Assembly: GCA_020184695.1 (NCBI GenBank)
Contig: JAANOX010000153.1
Span: 124,001-188,000, forward strand
Length of the DNA: 64,000 bases
Source: Histomonas meleagridis 2922-C6/04-290x
Taxonomy: Eukaryota > Protista > Parabasalia
Direction: 5' to 3'
This document shows positions 11,970 through 22,510 of this stretch, piece by piece. Both the position numbers and the translations under genes were made by a program. The first letter of the stretch is position 1. Each line of letters opens with the position of its first letter. Under the pieces are notes generated by a model, which worked only from the letters and a program-made list of their open reading frames with translations, was not told where the DNA came from and did not search any database.

Positions 11970-13307
11970 TTAATCATCATCGAGTTCATTGCGGTGGTTA
12001 TTCCAGCAATGTTCGAGTAGTTTTATGTAAGTATGACATCCCTTATTGCAAATATTACACTTGAACTCACCTGATGTTGGATCAGATATTTTCATCTTTG
12101 CCTGTAATGTACATTCCAATCTATCCAATTTATTCCAAAATGACTTTCCAACGTTTTCGCTATTGCTTTCTTGCTTATTTTGTTGTATCATTACAGGTCT
12201 AATTTCACCTATTGTTGCGACAGCATTATTCTTTATCCCGCGAGTCCGAATTGTTGAAACAATCAAATTGGTATACTCTTCGTCTTCTTCACTTTGCAGA
12301 TCTTCATCAACAGCAGGAGCTTTTTCGGGTTGTTTTGTCTCAACTTGAAAAGCCTGTTGAAGAAACTCGTTCATTGATGGAGAAGAACCATCGCGAACAA
12401 ACACAGATCGAAGGTTCTGTGGATGTTCATGGTAAACGTGGAGAATAAATTCGTTAATACGATTTAAGATTTGATTACAATGTAAACAGACAAATTTGTT
12501 TTGTGGATGTGTTGGAGACGCATTGGCATCAAAGTTGGCTTGTTTAAAGTGGACTTTAACAAGATGTAAAATGATTGCTTCAACATTATTAGATGTTATA
12601 TTTCTGCAAATAGGACAAGAATGCAATGTGGTGGTGCTTGGCTTTTCTTTAGGTGGTTCATTTTGAACTTGTGGAGGTGGTTTAGGCTTTGAAAGTGAGA
12701 TTCGTAAAAATTTGTATAGTTCGACACCTGTGAAAACTATGGAAATGACATCATAAATGGAAAGAGGTGTGTTGAGTGGAGTAGAAAATAAAGTTTTGTG
12801 ATGTTGAATAACATCATTATATGGGGCATTAGATAATTGGGTTTTAAAGTTTGTGAAAGATTGACCATATTCAGTATCAATTTCGATATCAGGGATGTTG
12901 AATTTAAAACCATAATTGTTCGCGAGAAGTCGTTTATAGCTGAAAAAACCATAACAATAACATTTTTTCGTACTGATTTCACTGAAAAACTCATGTGTTG
13001 ATTTGCCTAAGGGAGCGTTAGCCTTAAAATTTGAAAAAACAATTGTTCCAAGATTTGTTACAACAATGATAAATGCTGGAGTTGGTGTTCCACTGATAGT
13101 TCTAACATCAAGATAAATAGCAAATAGATCAGCATTATAGAAATTTTTAAGAAGTTTGATGTTATTATCATTTTGTGAATCAATCAAGTATACATTTGTC
13201 GTAAATTTTTCAAAAAAATTTACGGATTTCACTTGGTTCATTGCCCATTTAGTGATTCTATATGAAGGAATTTCGTTTGTATTAAATATTGAGAAACTTG
13301 AGTTCAT
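11970..13307 (-). CDS. C2H2 zinc-finger protein (3 fingers) with N-terminal alpha/beta domain
   Basis: CPICRN..HLVKVH, CLHCNQ..HVYHEH and CNICNK..HCWNNH. Confidence 0.8.
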   Translation of the reverse strand: MNSSFSIFNTNEIPSYRITKWAMNQVKSVNFFEKFTTNVYLIDSQNDNNIKLLKNFYNADLFAIYLDVRTISGTPTPAFIIVVTNLGTIVFSNFKANAPLGKSTHEFFSEISTKKCYCYGFFSYKRLLANNYGFKFNIPDIEIDTEYGQSFTNFKTQLSNAPYNDVIQHHKTLFSTPLNTPLSIYDVISIVFTGVELYKFLRISLSKPKPPPQVQNEPPKEKPSTTTLHSCPICRNITSNNVEAIILHLVKVHFKQANFDANASPTHPQNKFVCLHCNQILNRINEFILHVYHEHPQNLRSVFVRDGSSPSMNEFLQQAFQVETKQPEKAPAVDEDLQSEEDEEYTNLIVSTIRTRGIKNNAVATIGEIRPVMIQQNKQESNSENVGKSFWNKLDRLECTLQAKMKISDPTSGEFKCNICNKGCHTYIKLLEHCWNNHRNELDDD

Positions 13308-13581
13308 CTATTTTTTAGATTGGCTCAATGTAAATGTCACTTTTCTCCACATAATTAACTGTCAATGTTTACTCAAAATGTGTTCATAATTGATATGTTT
13401 ACAAATAACGCATTGAAATATTTGAACGCTTTTACAACGATAGATCTTTTTGAAGCATGATTCAATTGAATTTAATCGTTTTTATTTTCCAAAAAAATTT
13501 TTTGCACAAAGTTTCAATAAAAAATTTTATATTTTTTACACTAAAAATAAGCATTTCAAATTCTATTATATTTTTATTATA

Positions 13582-16500
13582 TTAAACAGCATTTAAAATT
13601 GATTCATGTTCTTGCACAATTGCTAATGCGAATTTTTTCTCATGAAATAACATCGCATTAGCTAACAAAGGTCTATTTCTAGAGAAGTTTGGAAGTTGTT
13701 CTTGTCTACCAGTGAACAAATGTAAACAAGTAACACCATAAGGATGAGCTATTGCTGCACATTGCGCATATTTATGTGCAGTAAAAGCATAAGTTTGTTG
13801 TTCTGTTTGATCCATTCCGAAATACGGAGTTGTAGTTCTAATTGCTTCAGGATGTTTAAGTTCCAAAGTATAAACATTCGAAGTTTCTGAAGCTATAGCA
13901 AACGTCGGACTAACCTCATCAATAACTCTTAACGAATATGCGTTCGAATTCATTAAAACGTTACTCACAACAGGCTCATTTATACTAACTCTTAAGTCAT
14001 AATACTCAAAACTATTTCCACACAACGCTATACAATTCGGAAAATTTTTTAACGTTTGTAATGACATAGTTTTCCCATTTTTAGGATGAATTGGGCTTAA
14101 AATTTTATCGTTTTTTAAATCATGAATAATAAACTCGTCACTTTCGCCATAAACATATGAATACATATAAAAGTTTTGATCTGAAATTTCATGTTGTACG
14201 TTTCGTGAAGTATTTTCTACGTCCATAATATGAAAAGCTGCCTTAATATTAAAATTAAAATCATTATCAATTGAACAACATAAACAATCGCCATCTTGAT
14301 TCGCAGAAAATATTAATGGATGATCATTATTATTAATATATTTAACATCTGTGATAGGTCTTTTAGATATTTGTGATTGATTTAATATTGTTACATTATC
14401 CCAAAGTTTAATATTAATTCGACCATTTGAATCACCAAATATTAATTTATCGTCTGGAAAATATATTAAATTCGATGTAATAACTGTATTATGATTATAA
14501 ATTGTATTTAACTTTAATGTCTTTTGTTCGATTTTATTATTTCGTTGTTGTGGAATAAAATTCTTTCGTTTTGGTTTAATGATTTCTTTAGTTTGAAATA
14601 ATGTAAAAAATGGATTTGTTATATCTGTTTTCATCACAATATCATAAACAGGATTCAAAAATAATGAAATATATGAATCTAATATAAACGATGGTATAAT
14701 TCCATTATTCTTTTCACCTTCTTCATATGCATTTTGTACTATTTCTGATGGATCTTCTTTACATTTTGATAAAAAAGATCGAATATCTTTATAAAAATTA
14801 CTTTGCTTTTCAATGATTTGTTGTTTATGATTAACTTCAAATTTATGTATTAATAAATATAATTCACGTCTCGTTATAGAAGAAATAGAATTAGAAAAAC
14901 GTAACGCTGCTTTAACAGCATTTTTTTCGATTTTCTTCTTTTGCATAATATCATTAGTTCGAATCATACAAGAATCTTGTATAAAGCCGGAAAGCGCATT
15001 AATTATCGATATTTGAATTTCAGGTTTTGCAACTTTCGATAATTCGATTATTTGCGTTAAAATTTTCTGGCAAATTGTTGGGTTAAGTATTGATTGTAAT
15101 GAACAACCGATTAATTGTAACTTCCAAATTAATGATTCACCTTGAGAAGGATCCAAATTAAATGACTTAAAGACGTCATAATTAAAGACAATTCTTCTTG
15201 AAAGTGAAGCACTTTCATTTAACAAAATGGTAAAAAAAATTAATGCGAATTTTGCATTTGATGTTTTTAATGCCGGAATTATTACTTCTTCGATGATTCG
15301 ACTGTTATTATTCTTAAATAATATATTTCGTGTATCTTTCGAATAACTAAAAATTTTAATGCAACAAAATAAAATCGACGGATTTAATATCTTCGAATTT
15401 AATAACTTAAATAAAGGCTTTAATATATTTAATGAGATACAATAATTTATACCGATTGATGATCGATCTAAATATTTTGCTAATATTACACATGCTTCTT
15501 CAAGTAATTCTTTGTCCGATAATATTTCAGGATAAAAACATAATTCAAATGGTACTTGTTGAACTTCGTTTTCCGCTTCAACAAAATTACGCATTGAGTA
15601 TAACGTCTGTGATAAAAAATTATGGAAACTGACTTCATTATTAGAGTTAAACTTATTGGATAATAAAAATAATGATGAATCAAGACGTAAATCAAACACA
15701 TGCCAATTATTATGTTCAACAAAACTCGGAAGTTTTGGATATGAAATTGGATGGACATGAAAATTACTTAAAACTCGAGTAGATAATATAAAACCAATAA
15801 AAAGTTCGGCAATCGTTTCATCAGTACGAAAAAATAATGAAAATAATTTCGGATCTAAGAGCTCAAGTGCAATCGATTCAACTGTTGCCCGAAGTGTGAT
15901 TTTAATTTGCAAAAGAATTTCTTCAGTTCGTTGTTTGTCTTCACTTTCTTCTACAAAAAATGTGTTTAATGGTTGCAAAAGTCCGCAATTAAAACAAAAG
16001 TAATGACGCGAATGCCATAACAATGCAACTCGTGCTGGTGTGGTGAGACATGAGGTAAAAAGATCAACGGGATAATCTGGCGAACGTGGCATGGCTTCAT
16101 TGGCTGAACACGAAAAAAAAGATATGAAATCTAAGTCTGTATGTGTTTTGTTGATTTTCTCAATTATTGGAAATAATGAACCTGAGTCATCACAGTCAAA
16201 AACAAAGCAGGTTGAAAAGCCAGAAATCTCTGCAACTTTAGAGAATTCGATAAAGTCCGGTGGTATGCTTAAATAACCTGGAATTAATTTATCAATATCA
16301 TGTGCAATGTAATGCAAAAGAATACGTTGCTGTTTTTGACGAGCACGTACTTTTTGAAGTGCTTGGATAAGTTGAGATGGCCATGGATTACATAAAAGTT
16401 CAATTGAATTTGTATTCGGAATAACAGATGAAAATTGGGATTTTACAATAGATGATAAATCATCGCTGGTCATTTTTATGGGAGTGTCTGGATTTTGCCA

Positions 16501-16770
16501 AAAATGTATGTTGTGTTGTAAAGAAATAAATGAATCAGAATGTTGAGTTTTACTACAGAAACAAACATAATATTTAATTACTGTTGTTTCATTTATGCAA
16601 TTGTTTGTTGTTAAAGGGTGATTTTCTTGAGGTTTTGTTTTAAATTTATAATAAAACCAATCCTCAAATAAAGGAATTTGGGTTTGATTTTCACTATCTG
16701 ATGTTTCTTGTCTAGTATTACCCCGTGTTTGATTTTTACGAATGATTCTCCCTTGAATTGGACTTTGCAT
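13582..16770 (-). CDS. RPTOR: Raptor/KOG1 (TORC1 subunit): Raptor N-terminal caspase-like domain, HEAT repeats, WD40 repeats
   Basis: RILLHYIAH, CFVFDCDDSG and FFSCSANEAMPRSPDYPVDLFTSCLTTP are RNC-domain hallmarks. The C-terminal region is a beta-propeller type. Confidence 0.88.
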   Translation of the reverse strand: MQSPIQGRIIRKNQTRGNTRQETSDSENQTQIPLFEDWFYYKFKTKPQENHPLTTNNCINETTVIKYYVCFCSKTQHSDSFISLQHNIHFWQNPDTPIKMTSDDLSSIVKSQFSSVIPNTNSIELLCNPWPSQLIQALQKVRARQKQQRILLHYIAHDIDKLIPGYLSIPPDFIEFSKVAEISGFSTCFVFDCDDSGSLFPIIEKINKTHTDLDFISFFSCSANEAMPRSPDYPVDLFTSCLTTPARVALLWHSRHYFCFNCGLLQPLNTFFVEESEDKQRTEEILLQIKITLRATVESIALELLDPKLFSLFFRTDETIAELFIGFILSTRVLSNFHVHPISYPKLPSFVEHNNWHVFDLRLDSSLFLLSNKFNSNNEVSFHNFLSQTLYSMRNFVEAENEVQQVPFELCFYPEILSDKELLEEACVILAKYLDRSSIGINYCISLNILKPLFKLLNSKILNPSILFCCIKIFSYSKDTRNILFKNNNSRIIEEVIIPALKTSNAKFALIFFTILLNESASLSRRIVFNYDVFKSFNLDPSQGESLIWKLQLIGCSLQSILNPTICQKILTQIIELSKVAKPEIQISIINALSGFIQDSCMIRTNDIMQKKKIEKNAVKAALRFSNSISSITRRELYLLIHKFEVNHKQQIIEKQSNFYKDIRSFLSKCKEDPSEIVQNAYEEGEKNNGIIPSFILDSYISLFLNPVYDIVMKTDITNPFFTLFQTKEIIKPKRKNFIPQQRNNKIEQKTLKLNTIYNHNTVITSNLIYFPDDKLIFGDSNGRINIKLWDNVTILNQSQISKRPITDVKYINNNDHPLIFSANQDGDCLCCSIDNDFNFNIKAAFHIMDVENTSRNVQHEISDQNFYMYSYVYGESDEFIIHDLKNDKILSPIHPKNGKTMSLQTLKNFPNCIALCGNSFEYYDLRVSINEPVVSNVLMNSNAYSLRVIDEVSPTFAIASETSNVYTLELKHPEAIRTTTPYFGMDQTEQQTYAFTAHKYAQCAAIAHPYGVTCLHLFTGRQEQLPNFSRNRPLLANAMLFHEKKFALAIVQEHESILNAV

Positions 16771-17250
16771 TTTCGTTTAGCCACAATTGAATATTCAATG
16801 CATAAAAGCCGTTTGTAAAGAAAATTTTCAGCTTTAATTCGACTTTTTGAAAACCAAATAATCGTTGAGTTTATCGCTGAAGAAGAAACCTAAATATAAA
16901 CTTTCACAAAAAATAATTGTATCTATAACTTTATATACATAGTAAAACATGTTCGCCAACGATCTTAGGCATTGATATTGTACCAATCAGTCAAAATCAC
17001 AAAAATAAGAACAAATATGACTAGATTTATGTTGCCTATAATGGAATCACTTTAGACATTTCGCGGTACGTATTAAAGTGAAAATATTATAAAATATGTT
17101 TACAGGATCAAACCAATTCACCACACAAATGCATGGAAAGGGGTATTCACATATTTCAGTGATCATATGAAAACTAAACAGAAACCAATGTAATCACATT
17201 TTTCATTTTGAATTGATAGAAATAACTTGTTTCAAATTTTTTGTTTACTA

Positions 17251-19246
17251 CTATAAGTTAATTCTTTTTTCGAATTCCTCAATTTTAGATGTAATTTCAT
17301 TGTTATTATTACGTAATTTTTTCAATATTTCCACTTTTTCTTGAATAATTGATGATTCAGAGTTGATTGTTGTTTCTACTTCCATAAATAATTTTCGATG
17401 ATTTTCTACAGGATCTATCAACACTTGTTCCATAGCGTTTTGTATTTCAGAAATGGATCCAAAGACAGCATCTCCTATACAACCAACAATTTTTGATTGT
17501 TGTTTTGTAAGTTCTTCTTTTAACATTTCTTTTATTTTCTCCTTCAGTCGTTTTTTAAGGTTGAACTGAGTAATTCCGCCTCCAATTAGAGTTGTCACGA
17601 ATGAAACCAACAAAGAAAGAGGCAAATTCAATGAAATAGCGAAAAATCCAAATGCAAAACCAACCAAAAATTCGCCAATAAAAATCGGAATTAGAGATTT
17701 CCATCCCATTAAACCTCCTGCTATTGCACCACCAGGTCCACAAGTAAGAACGCCAACTATCATTGAGAGAATACGATTAGCAGCTGAAGCAGTTTCACTT
17801 TCTGCTATTTCATCTTCAGTAAACTTAAGATTAAGTTCAGAACGAACATCTTTGATGTAATTTTCAATTGCTTGAATGTTAGCTTCTTGTTGTTTTGCAA
17901 ACTCTTGAATACGTAAGATAACAACATTTGGAACAATTTCATTTTCGATCCATTTAGCTAATTCAGCTTCTATTTGTCCTTGTATAAATTTAACACAACT
18001 TTCTGTGAATATCTTAACTGAGTCAATTGGATGAAGAAGAGTAATATCTTGACCTTCTCCAGGAGTAAAATCACTTACCCATTTATCAACCTTTGGCATT
18101 ACTTGTTCCATAAAGAAATCTTGTCCTTGAACTTTACATTCGTTTATAAGACTCATTATGACAATCTTAAATTGTGCAAGAACCTCATTAGTTTTAGTTT
18201 CCGCTTGTGTAAGGCTATCATGAACTTTCTGAAGGTTGTCTCTGAGTTTATTTTTATCAGTGTTATAAATTTCTATATGATCTGTGATTTGCTGTAATGT
18301 ACGGCGATTAATTTGTCTTGTAAGATAAAGCCATTTATAAATCTTCATGCGTCCTTTCTGATTGAAAAGTATCTGCTCAAGTTTCTTTTCTAATGGCGGG
18401 AAGTTACTAGATTCAAGTAAATCACTATTGCCTATTCTTTTTGCTCTTAATGCAGGCAAAGAACCGACAAAGAAAATCCCATCAGATCCAAGATCTGTAT
18501 AATGTGATAGTGTATTTGTAAATAGCTTTTTAAGTTCTGCTTGGTGATTTGTTCCTTCAATTTCATCATTATTTTGTATTATATCAAAATATGTCAGTAC
18601 AAAGATTATCGATCTATATCCAAGAGCATACAAACGCTCAATCTCAAATTTATCATGTTGGGTAAATGCTTGTTGAGCATTCATGCAATAAATTATAGCA
18701 TCAGCTTTGGGAAGATAATCTCTTGTTATTACGTCATGACATGATGGATCATCAGTTCCAGGAGAATCAATGAACATAACGCCATGTCTACACATGTTTA
18801 AGGGATATTTTATTACCACTTTTTCATATGGATTATCTTTTCTTACTTGTTCTTCTTCGATTTCAGTTGTATCAATGGTAACATATTTTGAAAGTTCTTC
18901 TACTCTGATGGCTAATGGGTGACGGAGATCATTTTTTTTAGGGTAAAGAATAACCTCTGGCTCTTCTGAGTAAATTATTTCACCAATAATTGCTGTTGTT
19001 GGTTGTGGCTTTGCAGGCAATAGCATTTGACCCATGAGGGCATTAAGAAAGGTTGATTTACCACTTGAGAAACGACCCATAACTAAAACACTTAATCGGT
19101 CGTTGTTAAGACGATTAGAAGCTTCTTTGAGATCAGATAAAGGTTTTTTTTTCAGTAAATTCAGCAATAGTGGATGTACGAACTTGATAATTAATTATGT
19201 CAAGAAGATCATTGCATAATTTCTTAAATTGCTCTGGAGCAATCAT
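17251..19246 (-). CDS. Bacterial dynamin-like (BDLP/mitofusin-type) GTPase; true 5' end lies upstream of a 1-nt frameshift in an A9 run
   Basis: G1 GRFSSGKST, G2 PTTA, G3 DSPG and a G4-like TYFD, with long helices and a hydrophobic Gly-rich membrane segment. ATG at 19246 reads MIAPEQFKKLCNDLLDIINYQVRTSTIAEFTEKK and joins the main ORF if one A is removed at 19144-19152. Confidence 0.8.
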
Positions 19247-19251
19247 GCACG

Positions 19252-19257
19252 AAGTGA
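19252..19257 (-). promoter_or_regulatory. Inr element of the dynamin-like gene
   Basis: TCACTT lies 5 nt upstream of the ATG at 19246. Confidence 0.6.
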
Positions 19258-19823
19258 ATTGAAGTTCGGTGGTTATTCAACCGAATAAAATATATTCAAA
19301 TTTTGATAGAAAAAAATGCCATTAAACGATACATGTACAGTAAATTCAAAAAGTAAAATTTAACATTCAATTTTTAATCAAAAGATTTTTTTTTTTTTTT
19401 TTTTTTTGATTGCTCTTAAATTCACCAAAAGAAGGTAGGCCTACCTTCAGGAATCCTGTTGCCTAAAACCAACTTCTATCAAGCTACAATCAACAATATT
19501 ATTGATTGCGAAATAATATATTTGAGATGAATTTTTTATTTTTTTTTTGAAGCCTAGTATGGGTGTTGAAGGTGTTGCCAAAAAAAAAAATAGAAGCTTT
19601 TTAATATCCAATATAGCTTTTATTTCAGTAAATTTAGCAACATTGGATTTAGCAACATGATTTTTGAAGCTTATCATTGCATTATGTCTTCAATTGATCT
19701 GAAAATGTCTTTGAAAAAAGTGATATGACCGCCAAAAATAATTCTTTTCAAAATTTCAGAGAAAAAAATGCCAAAGAAGGAAAGATCTTTTTAAATGTTT
19801 TTTCATCGTTGTCTGAAGAAAAC

Positions 19824-20090
19824 ATGTATCCCAAACCAATACCTTTTTTAAATATTGATAAAGAGAAAAACATTTCAATTAATAGCTATTGAATTGCTAT
19901 CTTCATCATTAAAGCCATCTCTTATTGTTATAAATGGTAAAGCACAAACAGGGAAAAGTTCGATCTTAAATCAAATGACCCTGGAGATAATAATTATTGT
20001 ATTAAGAATGGTCCAATTGATCTTAAATCTACAAGTAATGTGATTTTCATTGGACCTTTTAAACTTAAAGATTTAAGTCAAGAAAAAATG
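19824..20090 (+). pseudogene. Guanylate-binding protein (GBP/atlastin-like) N-terminal relic
   Basis: Frameshifted pieces MYPKPIPFLNIDKEKNISIN and AIELLSSSLKPSLIVINGKAQTGKSSILNQ follow the GBP N-terminus and P-loop pattern, then the reading frame decays. Confidence 0.55.
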
Positions 20091-20253
20091 CTTATTAAAC
20101 CATATAATAATAACCTTTTAAACAAATAATAATAATTCAATCAAAATCATTTCACTAATTCAAATAAAGGATTTCTGCCCACTTCAAGCTTAAGTTTATC
20201 ACAAAATATTAAAACAATTTTCACACAAAAAAATTCTGTGAACAAAAAATCAA

Positions 20254-20502
20254 ATGCTACTTGTCGTTCTGTTTTTATGTATCAAGAAAATGGTTCCAAA
20301 AAGAGCCAAATGCGCCAGTTTCTGCTCACATAAGTTCAAAACATCCAATGAAACAAAAGCATGCTTTGCTGGATGCCTTCAAGTTGCACCCAAAGTTATA
20401 AAGAAAATAATATCACCTCCTCTTTTGGATAATGACAACAAACTAACTAGGCTTGATGTAGAATATAAATGCTTTAATAATTGTTATCAGAATTATGGTT
20501 AA
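20254..20502 (+). CDS. Small Cys-rich protein with hydrophobic N-terminus
   Basis: 82 aa with three CxxxC motifs (CASFC, CFAGC, CFNNC) and a TCAAA just before the ATG. Confidence 0.45.
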   Translation: MLLVVLFLCIKKMVPKRAKCASFCSHKFKTSNETKACFAGCLQVAPKVIKKIISPPLLDNDNKLTRLDVEYKCFNNCYQNYG

Positions 20503-21169
20503 ACAAACCAGAAATCATGGCGAAATAGCTGAGTTAATTCGTGAAAAGGGTGTAATTTGAAGAAATGCTTTACAAATATATTTTGTACACGAAAGATTTA
20601 ATGATATTTTAAATAAATAAAAAACTAAATTTCATTGTTACAATGTAATCGATTATTATTTTATACTTTCATACAATTTAAAAGACAACTCTGGTTCAAG
20701 AAAAGTAAAATAATCTATAATAACATAAGTTTTTATTAATATATTTTCATACAAAATTAAGAGTTCTTTTATAAGAAAAGGAAATATATATGTATAAACA
20801 CAATTTACAGCAAAATATTTGTGTTTAAAAAATTTTAAATGTCGTTGAACTTTTTGTTTAGCTTAACGACCAATAAACAATTTAATTTTCAATGATCGGC
20901 CATTTATTTATAAAACTGCCAAGCCAAAAGACCTAAAAAGCAACAATTCATACTCATAACCCCCTTATATCCTAGTAATAATTTCATTATTTATATCATC
21001 AACTCAAGATAACATAAGAAAATGCTCAAATCAAATGTGTTTGTTATCCTAAAACTTTATAGATCGAATAAACAGGAAATTTTATTCTGAACAAAATCTT
21101 TATGAAAAAATGCAATAACGGTCCAAACTGCCAAAATTGAATTGCAAAGCCGCGCCTCTCAAAAGTAAG

Positions 21170-22432
21170 ATGGATGAAGACAGCCCCATGGCAGCCCTTC
21201 TGGCGCAGCACGACCAAGATCGTACCTTCCTTGATGATCACTTCGACCATTCTATTTATCCCAAAATAGAATCCCTTCATCAAAATAATTCTGAAAGTGA
21301 AACTTCCAATCAACATACACGCGAATCAATGTATAGTAGCTTGAACTCAAGATTAGAAAGTTCAAACGACCGCAATAAAGCAGATACAGAAAAAGATCGT
21401 TCTAGTCCAATTATTGTTTTTGATAACCACACAGATGATGATAACAAACCAATCGGATTGTCTTATAGACAACCATCTTTTTCATCTTTAACAGGTGATT
21501 TGATACCAAAAGGTGAAATAGCACCAGATACTCAAATCAAAGAAATCCCTGAGGAAGAACCAAGAAGACCAAAGTTCCAACCAATGAATGAAACAAAACC
21601 CAGCGACTCAACAAATAAGTCTGATGATGATAATCATAAAAGAGTCCGAAGATGGAAGAGCGCTGGATACCAACGAACATTAGGGAATCTCGAGCTCCCA
21701 GATAATATTTATCCTACACAATACAACACAACGTCAGAAAAATCAACTCCAATTGTTCATAATTCCAATCAAAAGGAAGAATGTGAGGAAGACTATGACG
21801 ACTATTTTGGCTACAGTGAAGAGGAAGATGAATTTGAGCTTTTTGGTCGGTTAGATTATATTGTCAAAGAACCAATTAATTCTGTTGTCACACAAGTCAT
21901 TAAGACTGGAGACTTATCCAATGTTAGTGATCCATTATCAGTTGCTAAAGTCATTCGGAAGTATCTCAATATATGCAATAAGAATAATTGGAAAGAAGAA
22001 GCCAATTATCTCACTGAGCTTATCCAAGCTCTTGAGGAGCCGGAGCCAGAAAGCCGCCAATCCCAAATTGACGAGGAAACAGAGAAATTGCAAATTTCGA
22101 TTGATGCACTTTTTGAACGATACGCGAAATCTGCCAAAAAACTCGATCAGAAGTACAGCTCCCAATCGATCATTGACAAGTACAGCGCCCCATCCAAAGA
22201 GTTAATAGGTCTTAAACGAAGGGCTAATCGAATGTTAAAGGCCGGGAACCAAAAAGAATCCGAAAGACTTCTTCGACAAGTCCGAAGGCTTCAAAAGAAA
22301 GAATCGGACGAAATGACGAAGCGACTTCGCGACAAATATCTCGAAGATGACCGAAAGCTGAAGGAAAGTTACGCGTTTAAGTTGTACAGACTTCAGCAGA
22401 AGTACGAAACGAAAATTAACAAATTAAAATAA
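21170..22432 (+). CDS. Hypothetical protein with disordered N-terminus and C-terminal coiled coil
   Basis: Long ORF with higher GC than its flanks. First ATG at 21170 (the track start at 21137 is TTG). Confidence 0.8.
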   Translation: MDEDSPMAALLAQHDQDRTFLDDHFDHSIYPKIESLHQNNSESETSNQHTRESMYSSLNSRLESSNDRNKADTEKDRSSPIIVFDNHTDDDNKPIGLSYRQPSFSSLTGDLIPKGEIAPDTQIKEIPEEEPRRPKFQPMNETKPSDSTNKSDDDNHKRVRRWKSAGYQRTLGNLELPDNIYPTQYNTTSEKSTPIVHNSNQKEECEEDYDDYFGYSEEEDEFELFGRLDYIVKEPINSVVTQVIKTGDLSNVSDPLSVAKVIRKYLNICNKNNWKEEANYLTELIQALEEPEPESRQSQIDEETEKLQISIDALFERYAKSAKKLDQKYSSQSIIDKYSAPSKELIGLKRRANRMLKAGNQKESERLLRQVRRLQKKESDEMTKRLRDKYLEDDRKLKESYAFKLYRLQQKYETKINKLK

Positions 22433-22510
22433 TGTAAAAGAAATTTAATAAATAAATAAATAATTATTTAAATTCAATTTACTTTGCACACGTCCAATGT
22501 TTTGTTATGT

